Below, one piece after another: positions 11,814 through 25,401 of a DNA stretch of 64,000 nucleotides (position 1 is its first letter; every line of letters begins with the position of its first letter). Both the position numbers and the translations under genes were made by a program. The notes below the pieces were generated by a model. That model made no database searches, was not told the DNA's origin, and saw only the letters and a list, made by a program, of their open reading frames with translations. This stretch comes from Octopus vulgaris (taxonomy: Eukaryota): contig OX597831.1 of NCBI GenBank assembly GCA_951406725.2, forward strand, positions 71,920,001 to 71,984,000, written 5' to 3'.

Positions 11814-12014
11814 ATATATGCATATATGTATGTATTATACATACATGTATATACATATGTATATATACGCAAATACACACACACACACACATATAAGTGA
11901 AGAGACTCAGATGCACATGTAACATATGTCTGTCTCTCTTTCTCACTCTTTACTACTATTACTACTGCTGCTGCTGCTGCTGCTGCTACTACTACCACCA
12001 CCACCACCATCACC

Positions 12015-12046
<32 letters not shown>

Positions 12047-12090
12047 AAACTCATATCTATATATTATAGTTCTCTCTGTCTTTCTCTGTT

Positions 12091-12135
<45 letters not shown>

Positions 12136-12649
12136 TTTTCTCTCTCACTCTCTCCGTATTTCCCTACCTGTCAGTCTCTACAACACCTACATATCTATTA
12201 ATCATATACGTCTGACTGTCTGTCTCTGCTCCCTCTCTCTCTCTCACCCACCCACCCCTACTACACATCCCTATACATATTTGTATATCTATCGCTCTCC
12301 CACCGCTCCTCTCTCCCTCTCCCTCTCTTACATTCTCACTTTCTTTTTCTCTTAAGGGCTCTGGTTTCTGCGTTATTCCATTTGTTAGTCTTTGCACATC
12401 TTCTCTTCAACGTCTCTGTTTCATTGTCTTTCGCTTCGTAAATCAATGGTTTTATCATTCTCTGTATTCCGACTCTATAACCTTTTTTTTTCTTTCTTCA
12501 ATACCATCTTTTCACTGACTCTCCCTTTCCCCTCTCTTTGACCCAGTGCCTATCTATTTGCACACACACACACACACACACACATAAAGATATTTTTTTC
12601 GTATTTTGGTTATTGCATTTTATTATCTCTATCTTTCAATGACTCTCTC

Positions 12650-12684
<35 letters not shown>

Positions 12685-12890
12685 CCACACACACACGCAC
12701 ACCTTTTCACACTCTCCTCTCTTTTTTTCAAATCTCTCTTCGTCAATCCGTCAATCCTTCTATCTTTCCATCCATTGACTTACTCTTTTTATGTCTATTA
12801 ACGTTTCGCTCTCCCTCCGTTTCGCTCCCTCCATTTTCTCAGTCACTTTCTTTTCTCTGTCTCTTTCTTGTATTCTCTCTTTCTCTTTTG

Positions 12891-12928
<38 letters not shown>

Positions 12929-13589
12929 GTTTTCCTGCTTCTGTCTCCCAGTTTACCTCAAGCTGTGTGTAAATAAACGAGATAAAAGAGGACACCCCTG
13001 TGTGTTTGGGTAGATGTGAAAATGGAGTTCTCCCAGGAGGGTGCTTTATTATGAACAGTTGTAGAGTTTGTTACCAGAGACGGTTAATTCTTTTGGCAGT
13101 GTACCTTCCTGTTTTCAACTGAGGCGGGATTTCAGAGGAGGCTGGCTGCTGTTACATATGTAATACTAACATGTAATAGTTAATTTTACAGCAATAACAT
13201 CTCACAGACACAATACAGAAACCCTGACACTCTGGAAACCACAAAGCGGTTTTGTTTTATTTTAGGTTATTCAATGTGTAACTGACCACTCTTACATACT
13301 AGGGCCTAATGTGTGACTGTGACTGTGTCTGTTATCTCACAAATCGCAGCACGAGGTATGCGGATGACATAAGTATTGGGTTGTTAGATATATTCGTTCC
13401 TTTACGTTTTTTCATTTGTTTTTTAATGATTATTTTTCATCAAAAATGTCAACAACTTAGTCAAATAATATACTGTAGCGGGAAGGCGAAAGTAGTTTTG
13501 CGATTAAGCAAACATTTAGATAAGTTCAAATATGTTTGCAGTACACGATGCTGACGATAGCCAAGAAGCTAGAAAGTGAAGGTGACGGG

Positions 13590-14051
13590 TGACGATATCA
13601 TGAAAGCATATTATTTGCTGAGCCATTTCCTTAATGAAATAGCGCGGATCAATCGATTCTCATTGAACTGAACAGGTCGGCTGGAACATGAAGAGTCTTA
13701 GAGGTTCTTGAATCGTGAAAACCATCTCTGTACAGTTCTTCCAGTAATAGTGCCTTTGCCTTCTCTACACACAGCACAAATATCTAGCGCAGTTTTGGCA
13801 GCTTTGGAACCTTGATTAAAAGCGAAGAGAAGCAGCTGCAGAAAATGTTCATTTGTTTTTTATGCTTGGCACTTCATCGTCACATGTCTGAAAAGAGATA
13901 AAATTTATTCTAAATTTCAGAAATGGTAAACAAAAGTTGTAGAGGAAGAATACAGCTACAAAGCAATATAAAAGATTGCGATACAAAATATTTTCCGCGT
14001 TAATTGAAATAACATTTGAAAGAAACAAAAGAATTTATCTGACAACCCTGT
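13590..14051 (-). pseudogene. Mariner transposase 5' relic with one TIR
   Basis: Minus strand NEHFLQLLLFAFNQGSKAAKTALDICAVCREG (Mos1/SETMAR-type HTH) at ~13755-13855; TIR-like ACAGGGTTGTCAGATAA at 14035-14051. Confidence 0.8.
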
Positions 14052-14524
14052 GCGATATCTAACAAAATATCGCATGTGCAATGGATTACTGTATATCATA
14101 TAACCCAGTGTATGACCTTTCTAGACGCTTCAGTAAAAATTATGGCTATGTCTAGTATTTAACGTATCACACTAAACAATATCGCCTACTATCCACGCCA
14201 ATACGATGGTGTAAGCGATCGTATATCCGTGGTGACGGAGCTTTTAAGAGCAAGTGCATAAAATGGGTTTCATTGCGTGAAACAGATGACTCCTGGATAT
14301 GATGCCGTCACTCACAGACACACTCTAGCTTCTAACCCAAGACGTTTTGTGTCGTCTCATTACCTATTCCGCCGCTATAACAATGGTTTCTGCTCTTCGA
14401 AACTAACTAGCTCCATACCACCTCTAATCATACACCCTCAGTTCAGGCCTCTCTCCTTCTCTTATTTCCCATACTGTGTCCAATCTTTCATGCATGCAAT
14501 AACCACAATACTCAGTTCCATAGA

Positions 14525-14612
14525 ACGGTGGAATTTGAACCCAGAACGTAACGGCAGACGGAATACCGCTAGCCAGGCGTGCTAACGATTCTGCCAGCTC
14601 GCCCGCCCGCCT
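14525..14612 (-). mobile_element. SINE family 2 head next to (TAA)n
   Basis: Reverse complement reads gcgagctggcagaatcgttagcacgcc...acgttctgggttcaaattccacc. Confidence 0.8.
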
Positions 14613-14613
14613 T

Positions 14614-14692
<79 letters not shown>

Positions 14693-14693
<1 letters not shown>

Positions 14694-15205
14694 CCCTGAT
14701 GTAATACCTGGCACCGACTCTCATTGCTTCTCATCTTACTTGATTGAAAGTGTTATTTTGTACATGTTTTGTCTTAGTGTAAAAGGCGGGCTACAGCAAA
14801 TATTCTGCTCAATACCACAGATTTGCTTGTCAGTTGTTTGACCTTAACCAGTTGAGTATGTCCCTTGGTGGCTGACAATATGCTCGTCTCTGATCATGAG
14901 CAGAAGTAGTGGGTAGCATCATAGACATTTGTGGAGAGGATTTCTTTGGGGTTTGAATAATTCACCTCTGGAAAGATGGATGTTTCGTTCAACATCCTTA
15001 AACAAGCCTTATTCAGGGACCTTTTCAGCGGGATGAACTACTCAACTTGAAAAAAGTTGTAACTGGGCCACACCTGCAAGGTTATGCGTTGTTTATCTTG
15101 ATATGAGATCACCATGTCACGCACATATGCTTGTAATGCATGTACCTGATGCACCCTTATCAGACGGATAGTCATCATGGGTATACTGGGCCTCGTATGT
15201 ATTTT
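14693..15205. mobile_element. Interspersed repeat, probably a SINE (family 4, possibly Nin/Deu-domain type)
   Basis: 14790-14955 matches 46715-46882 in reverse orientation (gcaaatattctgctcaa...gaccttaacca...gtggctg...tctctgatca). Superfamily assignment is from memory only. Confidence 0.65.
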
Positions 15206-15359
15206 CATTATAGACATTTTTCTCTTTTAAAACCTTGTATCGTGATTGGTTTATGTAAAATTACCCCAAGGTCAATGTTTCACCTGTATAAAACGCAATG
15301 CGAAACTTCCACTTATAAGTTGGCAATTAGCAAAAATTTACTGAGACTTTTGCACGATA

Positions 15360-15399
<40 letters not shown>

Positions 15400-15403
<4 letters not shown>

Positions 15404-15523
15404 CAAAATAAGCAACAAGGATATCCAAAGGTAATGCAGTACGATCGTTTCATGTGACTCCATTTAATTAAACGATGCAAGTATTACATCAGTTTTAAAA
15501 TGTAGAGCAATCTTCAGCTGCAT
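15400..15523 (-). mobile_element. ~125-bp HHR-bearing mini-element (family H2) with (TA)n on both sides
   Basis: Flanked by TA tracts at 15363-15400 and 15522-15546; homologous to both arms of 56895-57050. Confidence 0.8.
15434..15523 (-). ncRNA. Type I hammerhead ribozyme with canonical core and long helix II
   Basis: AUGCAG-CUGAAGA-[59-nt hairpin]-GAA-AC(GAUC)GU-A/CUGCAU; 6-bp helix I, palindromic helix III, GUA cleavage triplet. Confidence 0.85.
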
Positions 15524-15619
15524 ATATATATATATATATATATATATTGTATGTATGTATATATGTATGTATGTATGTATTCATGTATGTATGTATATAT
15601 GTATATATATATATGTATG

Positions 15620-15711
<92 letters not shown>

Positions 15712-16243
15712 CACATATAATGTTCACTGTTCTCCTTTATTTGCCAATGCAATGAAACAATTACTATACCACAATAATTGAGTAAAGAGAATAAGTTTAC
15801 TTAAAAAGTACAACCGAGCCTGGACAGGAACACAGAAACAATTTGGAATTCTGTAAATATCTTGATTCATAAATTTTTCACTTCGTCATATAAATAGTCT
15901 CAATTCCTCTTTAAAAAAAGAGTAATTACCTCCTTTGCCTCTGATAATAACAATCACTAATTACCTCACCTTAAATTATTTAGATTTGCGAAACAACTTT
16001 CCTGTTAGTGACATGGACTAAAATCTCCTTATGATACCATGGAATTGTAATATTTTACTAATCTCTCAGTCACGATTAGCAAAAGCGAAACCGGATGACG
16101 ATGGAAATATTTTAACTCATGGAAAAATATATGCATTCTGTGTATTTTCGTTCTCATACTTTTCACTACACACAAGTGCACGTACACACACGCGCACACA
16201 CACCACCACCATCACCACCACCACACATCACACACATCACACA

Positions 16244-16281
<38 letters not shown>

Positions 16282-16901
16282 AAATTCAGGGTCACCGATG
16301 GGGCAGTTCGATCATGTTCTTGAACAGAGCTTTTCTGAGATAAGCTCTACCCAAGAACAACACCTCTCATTACACGGAGGAGTCCACTTCCCCATCAATG
16401 ACCCTGAATTGTGCCAGATGACCTATGTCGTATATGAGATCATCTGTGGCACATGTGGCGCATCCTACATCGGAAGAACGACAAGAAAACTGCATATACG
16501 CATTAAGGAACACATACAGGCAGACACTTCCGCGAAGAAACATCTACGGAAATGTCAGACTCGGGAATTCACAGAACACCCCAAGGCGACACAGCGGAAC
16601 AGGGGCAACCTTAGAATCTCTGAGGCCATCCTCATACACCAAAAGAAACCCCAAGATCAACAATAGAGGCAAAGTTATAGAAAGCTAGCTGGTTGCTATA
16701 GCAACACCTTTCCGCACATGTCCACTCCACACACACTCCACACACGTACATCGGCAACATTCGTCTATTTCTTGAAAATGGGGTCATAACCCCGAAATAT
16801 TTAATACAAGGTAAGTCTACATTAATTCACATATTTGTTTTCTTGTGATTTATCTTGCATTTACTTCGCATTGTTTTGACCTTACCCACGAACTTTATGC
16901 A

Positions 16902-16905
<4 letters not shown>
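16282..16905 (+). mobile_element. PLE family B 3' fragment (GIY-YIG + pLTR) with a short 5' inversion
   Basis: YVVYEIICGTCGASYIGRTTRKLHIRIKEH...LRISEAILI (ORF 16298-16666); 16284-16335 is an inverted copy of parts of 16342-16410. Confidence 0.92.
16766..16806 (+). ncRNA. Minimal HHR, U3-A8 variant (PLE-B pLTR)
   Basis: TTC-TTGAAAA-T-GGGG(TCATAA)CCCC-GAA-ATAT-T-TAA; the first helix I pair is mutated. Confidence 0.65.
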
Positions 16906-16932
<27 letters not shown>

Positions 16933-16983
16933 TGTATGTATGTATGTATGTATGTATGTATGTATGTATGTATGTATGTGTTA

Positions 16984-17025
<42 letters not shown>

Positions 17026-17029
<4 letters not shown>

Positions 17030-17212
17030 GGGGATTTATAGAAAAACAAAAGACGAAGACAGGTGTATGAACAACAAGGAAGTTTATTAGTTTGACGCAC
17101 GGGAAAATGAAAAAGTATTTTACGTTTCGAGACTTTGCTCTTCAACAGAAAGGAATAAAAGAAAATAAAAAAGAGAGAAATAAAATAAACCTGTAAATTT
17201 CAGCAGTCCAGC
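17026..17212 (-). mobile_element. Family H1 mini-element with HHR-like motif at 17117-17152
   Basis: Minus strand CTTT-CTGTTGA-A-GAG(CAAAGT)CTC-GAA-ACGT-A-AAAT; TA tracts at both ends. Confidence 0.75.
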
Positions 17213-17409
17213 ATATATATTCTCTTATACATATTGTACTTATTGTATCATATTACTCCTTTATGTACACTCCTTTAAGTACATTGTTTTGTTCTGTATT
17301 ATTATGTTTGACCTTAAAGTTTCTTATGTAGTGGTTTAATAAAGTATGTGATTGGGTATTATCTGGTAGTTGATATTTGATTTGGATATATTTCTCCATT
17401 TTCTTATTT

Positions 17410-17448
<39 letters not shown>

Positions 17449-17884
17449 GTATGTATGTATGTATGTATGTGTATATATATTTACCGTTGTTTTCTTGAAA
17501 ATCGCTTTCACGTGCATATATTATCATGCAACAGTATATGAAACATTCATACATGAGATGCGTAGGACATTTCATGTATCAATGTTTGGCTATATTGCAA
17601 ACTCGTTTCTTTGGAACCATACTTAAAACATAGATTTTCACATTGATTTGCATCAAAAGGTTCCTTGCACAGTGATTAGTCTCGACGAAATAGTTTCACC
17701 AAAATATCACTGTTTCAAGAAAAAATTTGGAAGTAATCCGATAGAACAAGCGAGCCATAAAACTACATTTATTTATTAATATTCTTCGCTCTCTTTCACA
17801 TTTTTCATATCATGCAGAATAATTTCTCTTCACAGCCTCACATTCACTATTAATTGAATTCTGCTATTTTATTATTAAAAGCAA

Positions 17885-18490
17885 TGACCTGGTAGAATCA
17901 TTAGAGCACCAACCAAAATACTTTGTTGCATTTCATCCGGCTCGTTACGTTCTGAGTTCAAATACTGTCGAGGTCATCTGTTTTTTTATCAATTCGGGGT
18001 TGATAAGTACCAGTTAAGCACAGAAGTAATAAACTAACGCCCTCTCGTGAAGTTTCAAGCATTGTTCCTATAACAGAAAATATTATTAAGGCACCGATCT
18101 GGTGGAATCGATAGCACGCTGGGTAAATGCTAAGCGGTATTTCGTCTGCCGCTACGTTCAGAGTTCAAATGCCGCTGAGGTCGACTTTGCCTTTCATCCT
18201 TTCGGGGTCGATTAAATAAGTACCAGTTATGCACTGGGGTCGATATAATCGACTTAATCCGTTTGTCTGTCCTTGTTTGTCCCTTCTGTGTTTAGCCCCT
18301 TCTGGGTAGTAAAGAAATAGGTATTTCTTCTGTTTTTTACGTTCTTACGTTCAAACCTGGCTACAGCCACTTTTCCTTTGCATTCCTTTGGGGGTCGATA
18401 AAATAGTGTACTGGTCAGGTAGTGGAGTCGATGTAATCGACTTGTCCACACCCCTTCCCTCAAAATCGCTGGCCCTGAACTCTGTAACAG
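17885..18490 (+). mobile_element. Three tandem SINE family 2 copies (best preserved 18090-18325)
   Basis: Repeated acgttc-gagttcaaa...gaggtcgactttgcctttcatcctttcggggtcgat-aaat-agtaccag core, resembling the Meta/MESC SINE domain. Confidence 0.85.
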
Positions 18491-19175
18491 ACCAACGTTC
18501 CTTGCTAATTTGTTCGCCATGGAAACCGGGTAAGCGGTCTTATGAGTCCTTGGGCTCAAGAAAAATAAAACAAAACAAATAAATTAGTTATTTTGAAACT
18601 ACTGGACAAAACTAAATATTTGACAGAAAATAAGAAATCTAAAAAAAAAAACGAAAAATAATAATAATAAAACCAAAAAATAAACGAAACAAAAAACATT
18701 CAAGCATCTTCAGTGAACTTGAACGATTTTCTGTTTTAAAAATAATGTCAGACTGAAGTAATTAAAAGGAAATGATTTAGCTCGGATGGTTTGAAGAAAG
18801 AATATAAATAAATACAACAAAAAAAATCATTTCATCCAAACTTTCAGAAGTATGTTATGTGAAATAATAGCTAGTCTTAGAGTCAATGTTGATATTATCA
18901 ATTTGCGTAGCATTTCACTGAGACAGAAAGAATTTTGATGGTAATGAAAATGGCGTCCTCACGTCTGGACAAAGAAATAATAATAATGTTTGCGTCAATG
19001 GAACTCGAAGTGAAAATAAAGAAGCATCAGGCTTTAAGATGTCTCGACACAATTCTGAAATTTCTTCATGGCAAACGTTGGGATTTTCACGTGTTTGCTG
19101 GGTTGATTCTAAAGTAGTGTACAGCGTATATAATGCTGTTTGTGTATAATGTGAAGAGTGCGTATAGTGTATATG

Positions 19176-19209
<34 letters not shown>

Positions 19210-19507
19210 GTGCGTAGAATGGGTTATGGTATGTATGTCTTTTGATGCTTTGCTTACTTTTGCTTGTGATGTCGCATTGTAATTCTTCAAGACAAATGCT
19301 TAAGGCTCTGTCTTACTCCGGGATCTACATTGATGTTTGTCTATCTACATATAGCATGTGTATGTGTGTGTGTATGTGTGTGTGTGTACACAAACACGTA
19401 TATAAGCATACATGAATGTACAGACATACAGACATTCCTACATGTATACACTCGCATATACACATTAATGAAGTTGGTGAGTGGTGAGACTATGTATTCA
19501 TCTTTGG

Positions 19508-19578
<71 letters not shown>

Positions 19579-19580
<2 letters not shown>

Positions 19581-19680
19581 AGGATTACCCGGTTCTTGAC
19601 TGAAGATTAGAGGCTTCGAATGACCCGTCCGTTTCTTGTGTCGTCTATTTGAATGTTTTGCGTTCTTGTCCCATTTTTAT
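19579..19680 (+). mobile_element. ~100-bp TA-flanked fragment resembling a PLE 3' end
   Basis: CTGAAGA at 19600 then a T-rich tail ending CGTTCTTGTCCC+(TA)n, similar to the CGTCCTGTACC+(TA)n end of the 2690-2910 element. Confidence 0.35.
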
Positions 19681-19693
19681 ATATATATATTTT

Positions 19694-19741
<48 letters not shown>

Positions 19742-19914
19742 TAAATATGTCGAGTATATTTACATACACACACACACACACACACACAAATATACATATG
19801 TTAAGTATATATACGCATAATATATGTGTGTCTATGCATTTATATATATATATATATATATATACATATTCACAGTCACATTTACAATAATGAAATTGCT
19901 GGGTGGTGCGATCG

Positions 19915-19949
<35 letters not shown>

Positions 19950-20319
19950 ATACACATATATAACACATATATACATCCGTACATAATGTATGTGTAGGGA
20001 AGTGGTAGTATACTTCTTAATGCACGTAGTAGCAATGTGTGGCATCTGTAGCAGACATTAGCAAAGGTAGCGGAGTAAATGCTGCATGCAATAACACAGA
20101 ATCTGGGTAGACAGAGGTAGATATGAGAAAGGCAAACCATTAAACAGCATTGTCAGAGAGGGGCAAATCTGCAGAAGTAGGGCACTGGAGACTGTATCTA
20201 CATATTGTTAGGCTCTTGTAATGCTTGGCTAGCTGCCAATTCTACTCTTCCCTGCTTCACTCACATAGACACATACATACGGACCCTCAGTTAATCTCTC
20301 CCTCCCCTCTCTCTCTCTC

Positions 20320-20462
20320 TACCATTCTCTCTACATGTCCCCCTCTCTCTCTCTCTCTCTCTCTCCCATTCTCTCTACATGTCCCTCCTCTCTCTCTCTC
20401 TCTCTTTTCCCATTCTCTCTACATGTCCCCCCTCTCTCTTTCTTTCCCATTCTCTCTACATG

Positions 20463-20495
<33 letters not shown>
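20320..20495. repeat. Minisatellite CCATTCTCTCTACATGTCCC(CT)n, four units
   Basis: Units at ~20322, 20366, 20411, 20447. Confidence 0.9.
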
Positions 20496-20496
<1 letters not shown>

Positions 20497-21516
20497 ACTC
20501 TATCTCTCTATCTATCCTTATTTCTGTTTGTGTGTGTGTCCCCGCCACTACTTTGACCCTCTTATTATAATTTTGGTTCTTACTTCTCCCTCTTTTTCTT
20601 TTTTCTCGAACCCCCCCTCCCCGACACCATGTGTCTATCACTGCCCCTCTTTTTCTCTCCCTCCTATGTCTGTCTGCTTGTCTCTCCATCTTTGTCAATT
20701 AATCCCACTACCTATATATATATATATATATATATATACATACATGAGGGCTTTCTCTTTTCATATCTTCACAGTACATACATACATACCTACATATGTG
20801 GGTGTGATTGTTTTTGGTTCCCTCTCTCTCTCACTCCCCCACCCTCTCTCCCCCCTCTCTCACGGACCTTCACTTTCTATGCACATGTGTATATATTTAT
20901 TTAGACGTGGATATATATATATATGCTAATATGTATACATTTGTGTGTCTGCCTTGCTTACATTTCGTTTACGACGATCTACATACAGCGTTGTTACAGG
21001 GCGGAAATACACGTATGTGTGTGTTATTTATAACATATATAAACAATGTATGCATGTACGTATATACGTACGTATGTATGTGTTTGTGTGTGTGTGTCTG
21101 TCTGTGTGTGTGTCTGTGTGTGTGTCTGTGTGTGTCTGTGCATACATATACGGTTGTTCATATGTATGTATAAATATGCATATCTTGTGTACGATTGTCT
21201 ATATATGCACACACACACACAGATGTATATAAGCTGCATATATGTGTACATATGAATATGTGTGTGTGTGTATGTGTGCGCACGTGTGTAAACAAATATG
21301 CGTGTGTGAGTGTATATGAGTTGTATGTGTGCCCTTCTGTTTTAACTCTTTTCATTTTCTTCAGTTAAGGAGCCGGTCTCCAACCACGAAACAAGGTTCC
21401 CTCATTAGGCAAAAACAACAGCAACAATTAGTTAGGTGCATATGGTCCTTATATAAGTCATTCGTTTTTTTACTTGCTTTGCCGTTCCCTATATGTGTGT
21501 ATGTGTGTATAATTGG

Positions 21517-22362
<846 letters not shown>

Positions 22363-22510
22363 CATAATAATAATAATAATAATAATGATAATAATAATCA
22401 TAATAATAATAATAATAATAATAATCATTATGTATACACAGCTCACCGCCTTAACAACAATAACAACAACTACAACTACAACACTAATAATAGTAATAAT
22501 AATAATAATG

Positions 22511-22590
<80 letters not shown>

Positions 22591-22626
22591 CATAATAATA
22601 ATAATAATCATAATAATAATAATCAA

Positions 22627-22668
<42 letters not shown>

Positions 22669-22699
22669 TGTAATAATAATGAGTTTATTTTATGTTTAA

Positions 22700-23835
22700 A
22701 TACTTACATTATGTATACACAGTTTCAACAGCTGATAACTCAATTTTCATTTTTTTTTTTTTCAGTTTTAACCCATTAAAAATAAGGAAAGGAACCATAC
22801 TAAGCTTTGAACAAAGGAAATATGCCCTAAAGTGCTACGGGCAGCTTAAAAACGCAGTCGAAGTGCAAAGGAAGTTTAGGAGTGGGTTTCTGACAGATCC
22901 ATCAATACGACTCGAATTAGAGCTGAGTACATGGAACTGTTCAGAGAGTCCACAAAAATGTTTCGCAAGGCCACGGATATCGACGAGCCCCACAAATCAA
23001 GTAACGGTACTAGAAACGTATTGTCAGAGTTCAAGGAAAACTGTGCAGCAAACGAGTTGGAAGATGGGAATTTTAAAAGCCACCGTATTTTGAACTGGAG
23101 TCATTGAAAGAGTTATATTCCAAGAATAGTCCATGATCTCAATGGAGATTATACAGACGGAAGAGTGGGGTTTTGCGAATGGTAAGGTATGTGGAAGATG
23201 CACACTTCTAACGAGGGTTATTAGGAGAGATAGAGATACGTTTAACGAACATGCCTCAATTAACCACCGCATTTGCACCTAATAAGGATCTAAGAATCTT
23301 CATATCATGAAAAAACTCTTGTTATTTTATTAAGAGTTATAGTGTGGTGCAGCTTTTCTCAAAAGCATTAACTGGATTATTGTTTTAAGCATTCAAGAGG
23401 ACTTTGATGATGTGGAGTTTTATTTCCGGCATGATGGGGCTTTCTTATTCTACCATTATAAAGTTAGGGCCTACTTTCATGAGATTTTGCCGAAACAGAT
23501 GGATTGGATGAAGAGGTTCTCCAGAACACCCTCTGCATTCACCGGATCTCACTCCACTTGCTTTTCTTTGATGGATATAAAGTTTACGGTACAAGACAGG
23601 TGACAGCCGTTGACTTGAGGGCAGCCATTGAACAAGAATGCGCACAAATATCGAACAAAACGTTCTTTGATGTATGCGATTCCAATGCTTCGCGTTATCA
23701 GCAATGCTTGGACCAGAAAGGCCTTAAATTTGAAAATAGGCGTTCTTAAAAATATCATTTTTTTGTATATAAAATGAAATGTATTTTAATAAATACAGGT
23801 TTTATAACAAGTCAGTGTGTGCACACATCTTGCTC
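22700..23835 (+). pseudogene. Decayed Tc1/mariner-superfamily (Tc3-like, DUF4817-type HTH) transposon
   Basis: LSFEQRK..LKCY...NAVEVQRKFR; FYFRHDGA; SPDLTPL; KVY; DLRAAIEQEC; RYQQCLDQKG.KFE; TIR remnants atgtatacaca (~22711) and tgtgtgcaca (~23816). Confidence 0.85.
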
Positions 23836-23907
23836 GATATGATGAAAATGCTTTTATTACATAAATTTTAAAGCTGTACGACTTTCCACACATACATACA
23901 TACATAT

Positions 23908-24135
23908 ATAACGGGAAGCTTTATGAAAATAAACAAAAGACGAAGGTAGGTGGAGTACAAACAAACAATTGTATTAGTATGGCGCTCAGGAATAGAAATA
24001 AAACAAGTCTTTTACGTTTCGAGCCTACTCTCTTCAACAGAAAGATACACAGAAAAGAAACACGGAGAGAAACAAGGAGAGAGAAAAAAATGCGTGCAGA
24101 AGCTAGCGATTCAACATGGCGATTCTGGCCAGAAG
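23908..24135 (-). mobile_element. Family H1 mini-element with HHR-like motif at 24008-24045
   Basis: Minus strand TCTTT-CTGTTGA-A-GAG(AGTAGG)CTC-GAA-ACGT-A-AAAGA; 5-bp helix I. Confidence 0.8.
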
Positions 24136-24339
24136 TCAGAGATCAAACGTGAGACGCAAGAGCGAAAATAGGGGAGATAACAGGGTCAAATGACTTCGCC
24201 CCAACATAAGGGTGCGTGTGTGTATGAGAGAGTGTATGTATGTATGATGTGATGTATAATGTCGTATGGTGTAGTGTAGAGAGGGGAGATGAGGGGGAGA
24301 GTGAGAGAGTGGAGGAGGAGGAGGGAGGAGAGGAGGGAG

Positions 24340-24394
<55 letters not shown>

Positions 24395-24418
24395 TATGTA
24401 TGTATATATATATATATA

Positions 24419-24805
24419 TCTTTATATATATAAAACTGAGAATGCGTGTCTGTCTGTCTGTGTGTTTCCCTAAAATTTGAGAACTACTCAACCAATTTCA
24501 TTCAAATTTTACACATGCCTTACTTAGGGTCCGGGAAGTGTCATCGGCAAAAAAACTTTTTTACTTTTTGCCTAGGGCGAGCCCACAGCAATATCATATC
24601 TTCTCCACTACGATTCCTTAAAACTTGAGAACTACACAACCAATTCCATTCAAACTTTACATATGCCTTACTTAGGGTCCATGTAGTTTCATGGGCAAAA
24701 AAATGTTCAACTTCTTGCCTAGAGCGAGCCCATAGTAATATCATATCTTCTCCACTATTTCAGTATTACGTGTTAAAAGTGAAACAAAAACGTTTCTCTA
24801 TTTTA
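24419..24805 (+). mobile_element. Non-autonomous Helitron 5' part with a ~146-bp tandem duplication
   Basis: A|TCTTTATATATATAAAA start, (GTCT)n, units ~24467-24612 and ~24613-24758; no 3' CTAG seen. Confidence 0.65.
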
Positions 24806-24809
24806 TGTC

Positions 24810-24884
<75 letters not shown>

Positions 24885-24889
24885 TAGAT

Positions 24890-25100
24890 ATAATCCCCCA
24901 CAAAACGAAGAAAAGACACAAGAAAAAAACAACATGAGGACGTGGTACATGCAAAGTATTAGCAGACGCCTAGGGAAGGAAAGAAAGGTGGTTTTACATT
25001 CGAGCAAAGCTCTTCGTCAGAAACAGGAGACGGAGGAAAGTCCAAGAGAAAAGGAAGACGGGGGAAAATCGCTAACGATCCACATGTGGTTACATTTTGA
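24890..25100 (-). mobile_element. H1-related mini-element with canonical CUGACGA HHR core (24991-25024)
   Basis: Minus strand GTTT-CTGACGA-A-GAGC(TTT)GCTC-GAATGT-A-AAAC (GAAACGT decayed); (TA)n on both sides. Confidence 0.7.
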
Positions 25101-25250
25101 AATATATATATATATATTTAAGTAGGTGAATGAATTATCCTATGTTTATCGTCAACATGGAAAATTCGTTTAACCGAAATATGCTGTCTGCGAAACATGT
25201 GTCGAGAGTAAAGGAATTTCGTTAACATCTTCGTTCGACTCCATTCTTTC

Positions 25251-25401
<151 letters not shown>

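Noticed and set aside
13547-13590. CTGACGA-TAGC(CAAGAA)GCTA-GAAA apparent HHR core
   Set aside because: No helix III, NUH triplet or helix I could be formed; single copy at the edge of a mariner relic.
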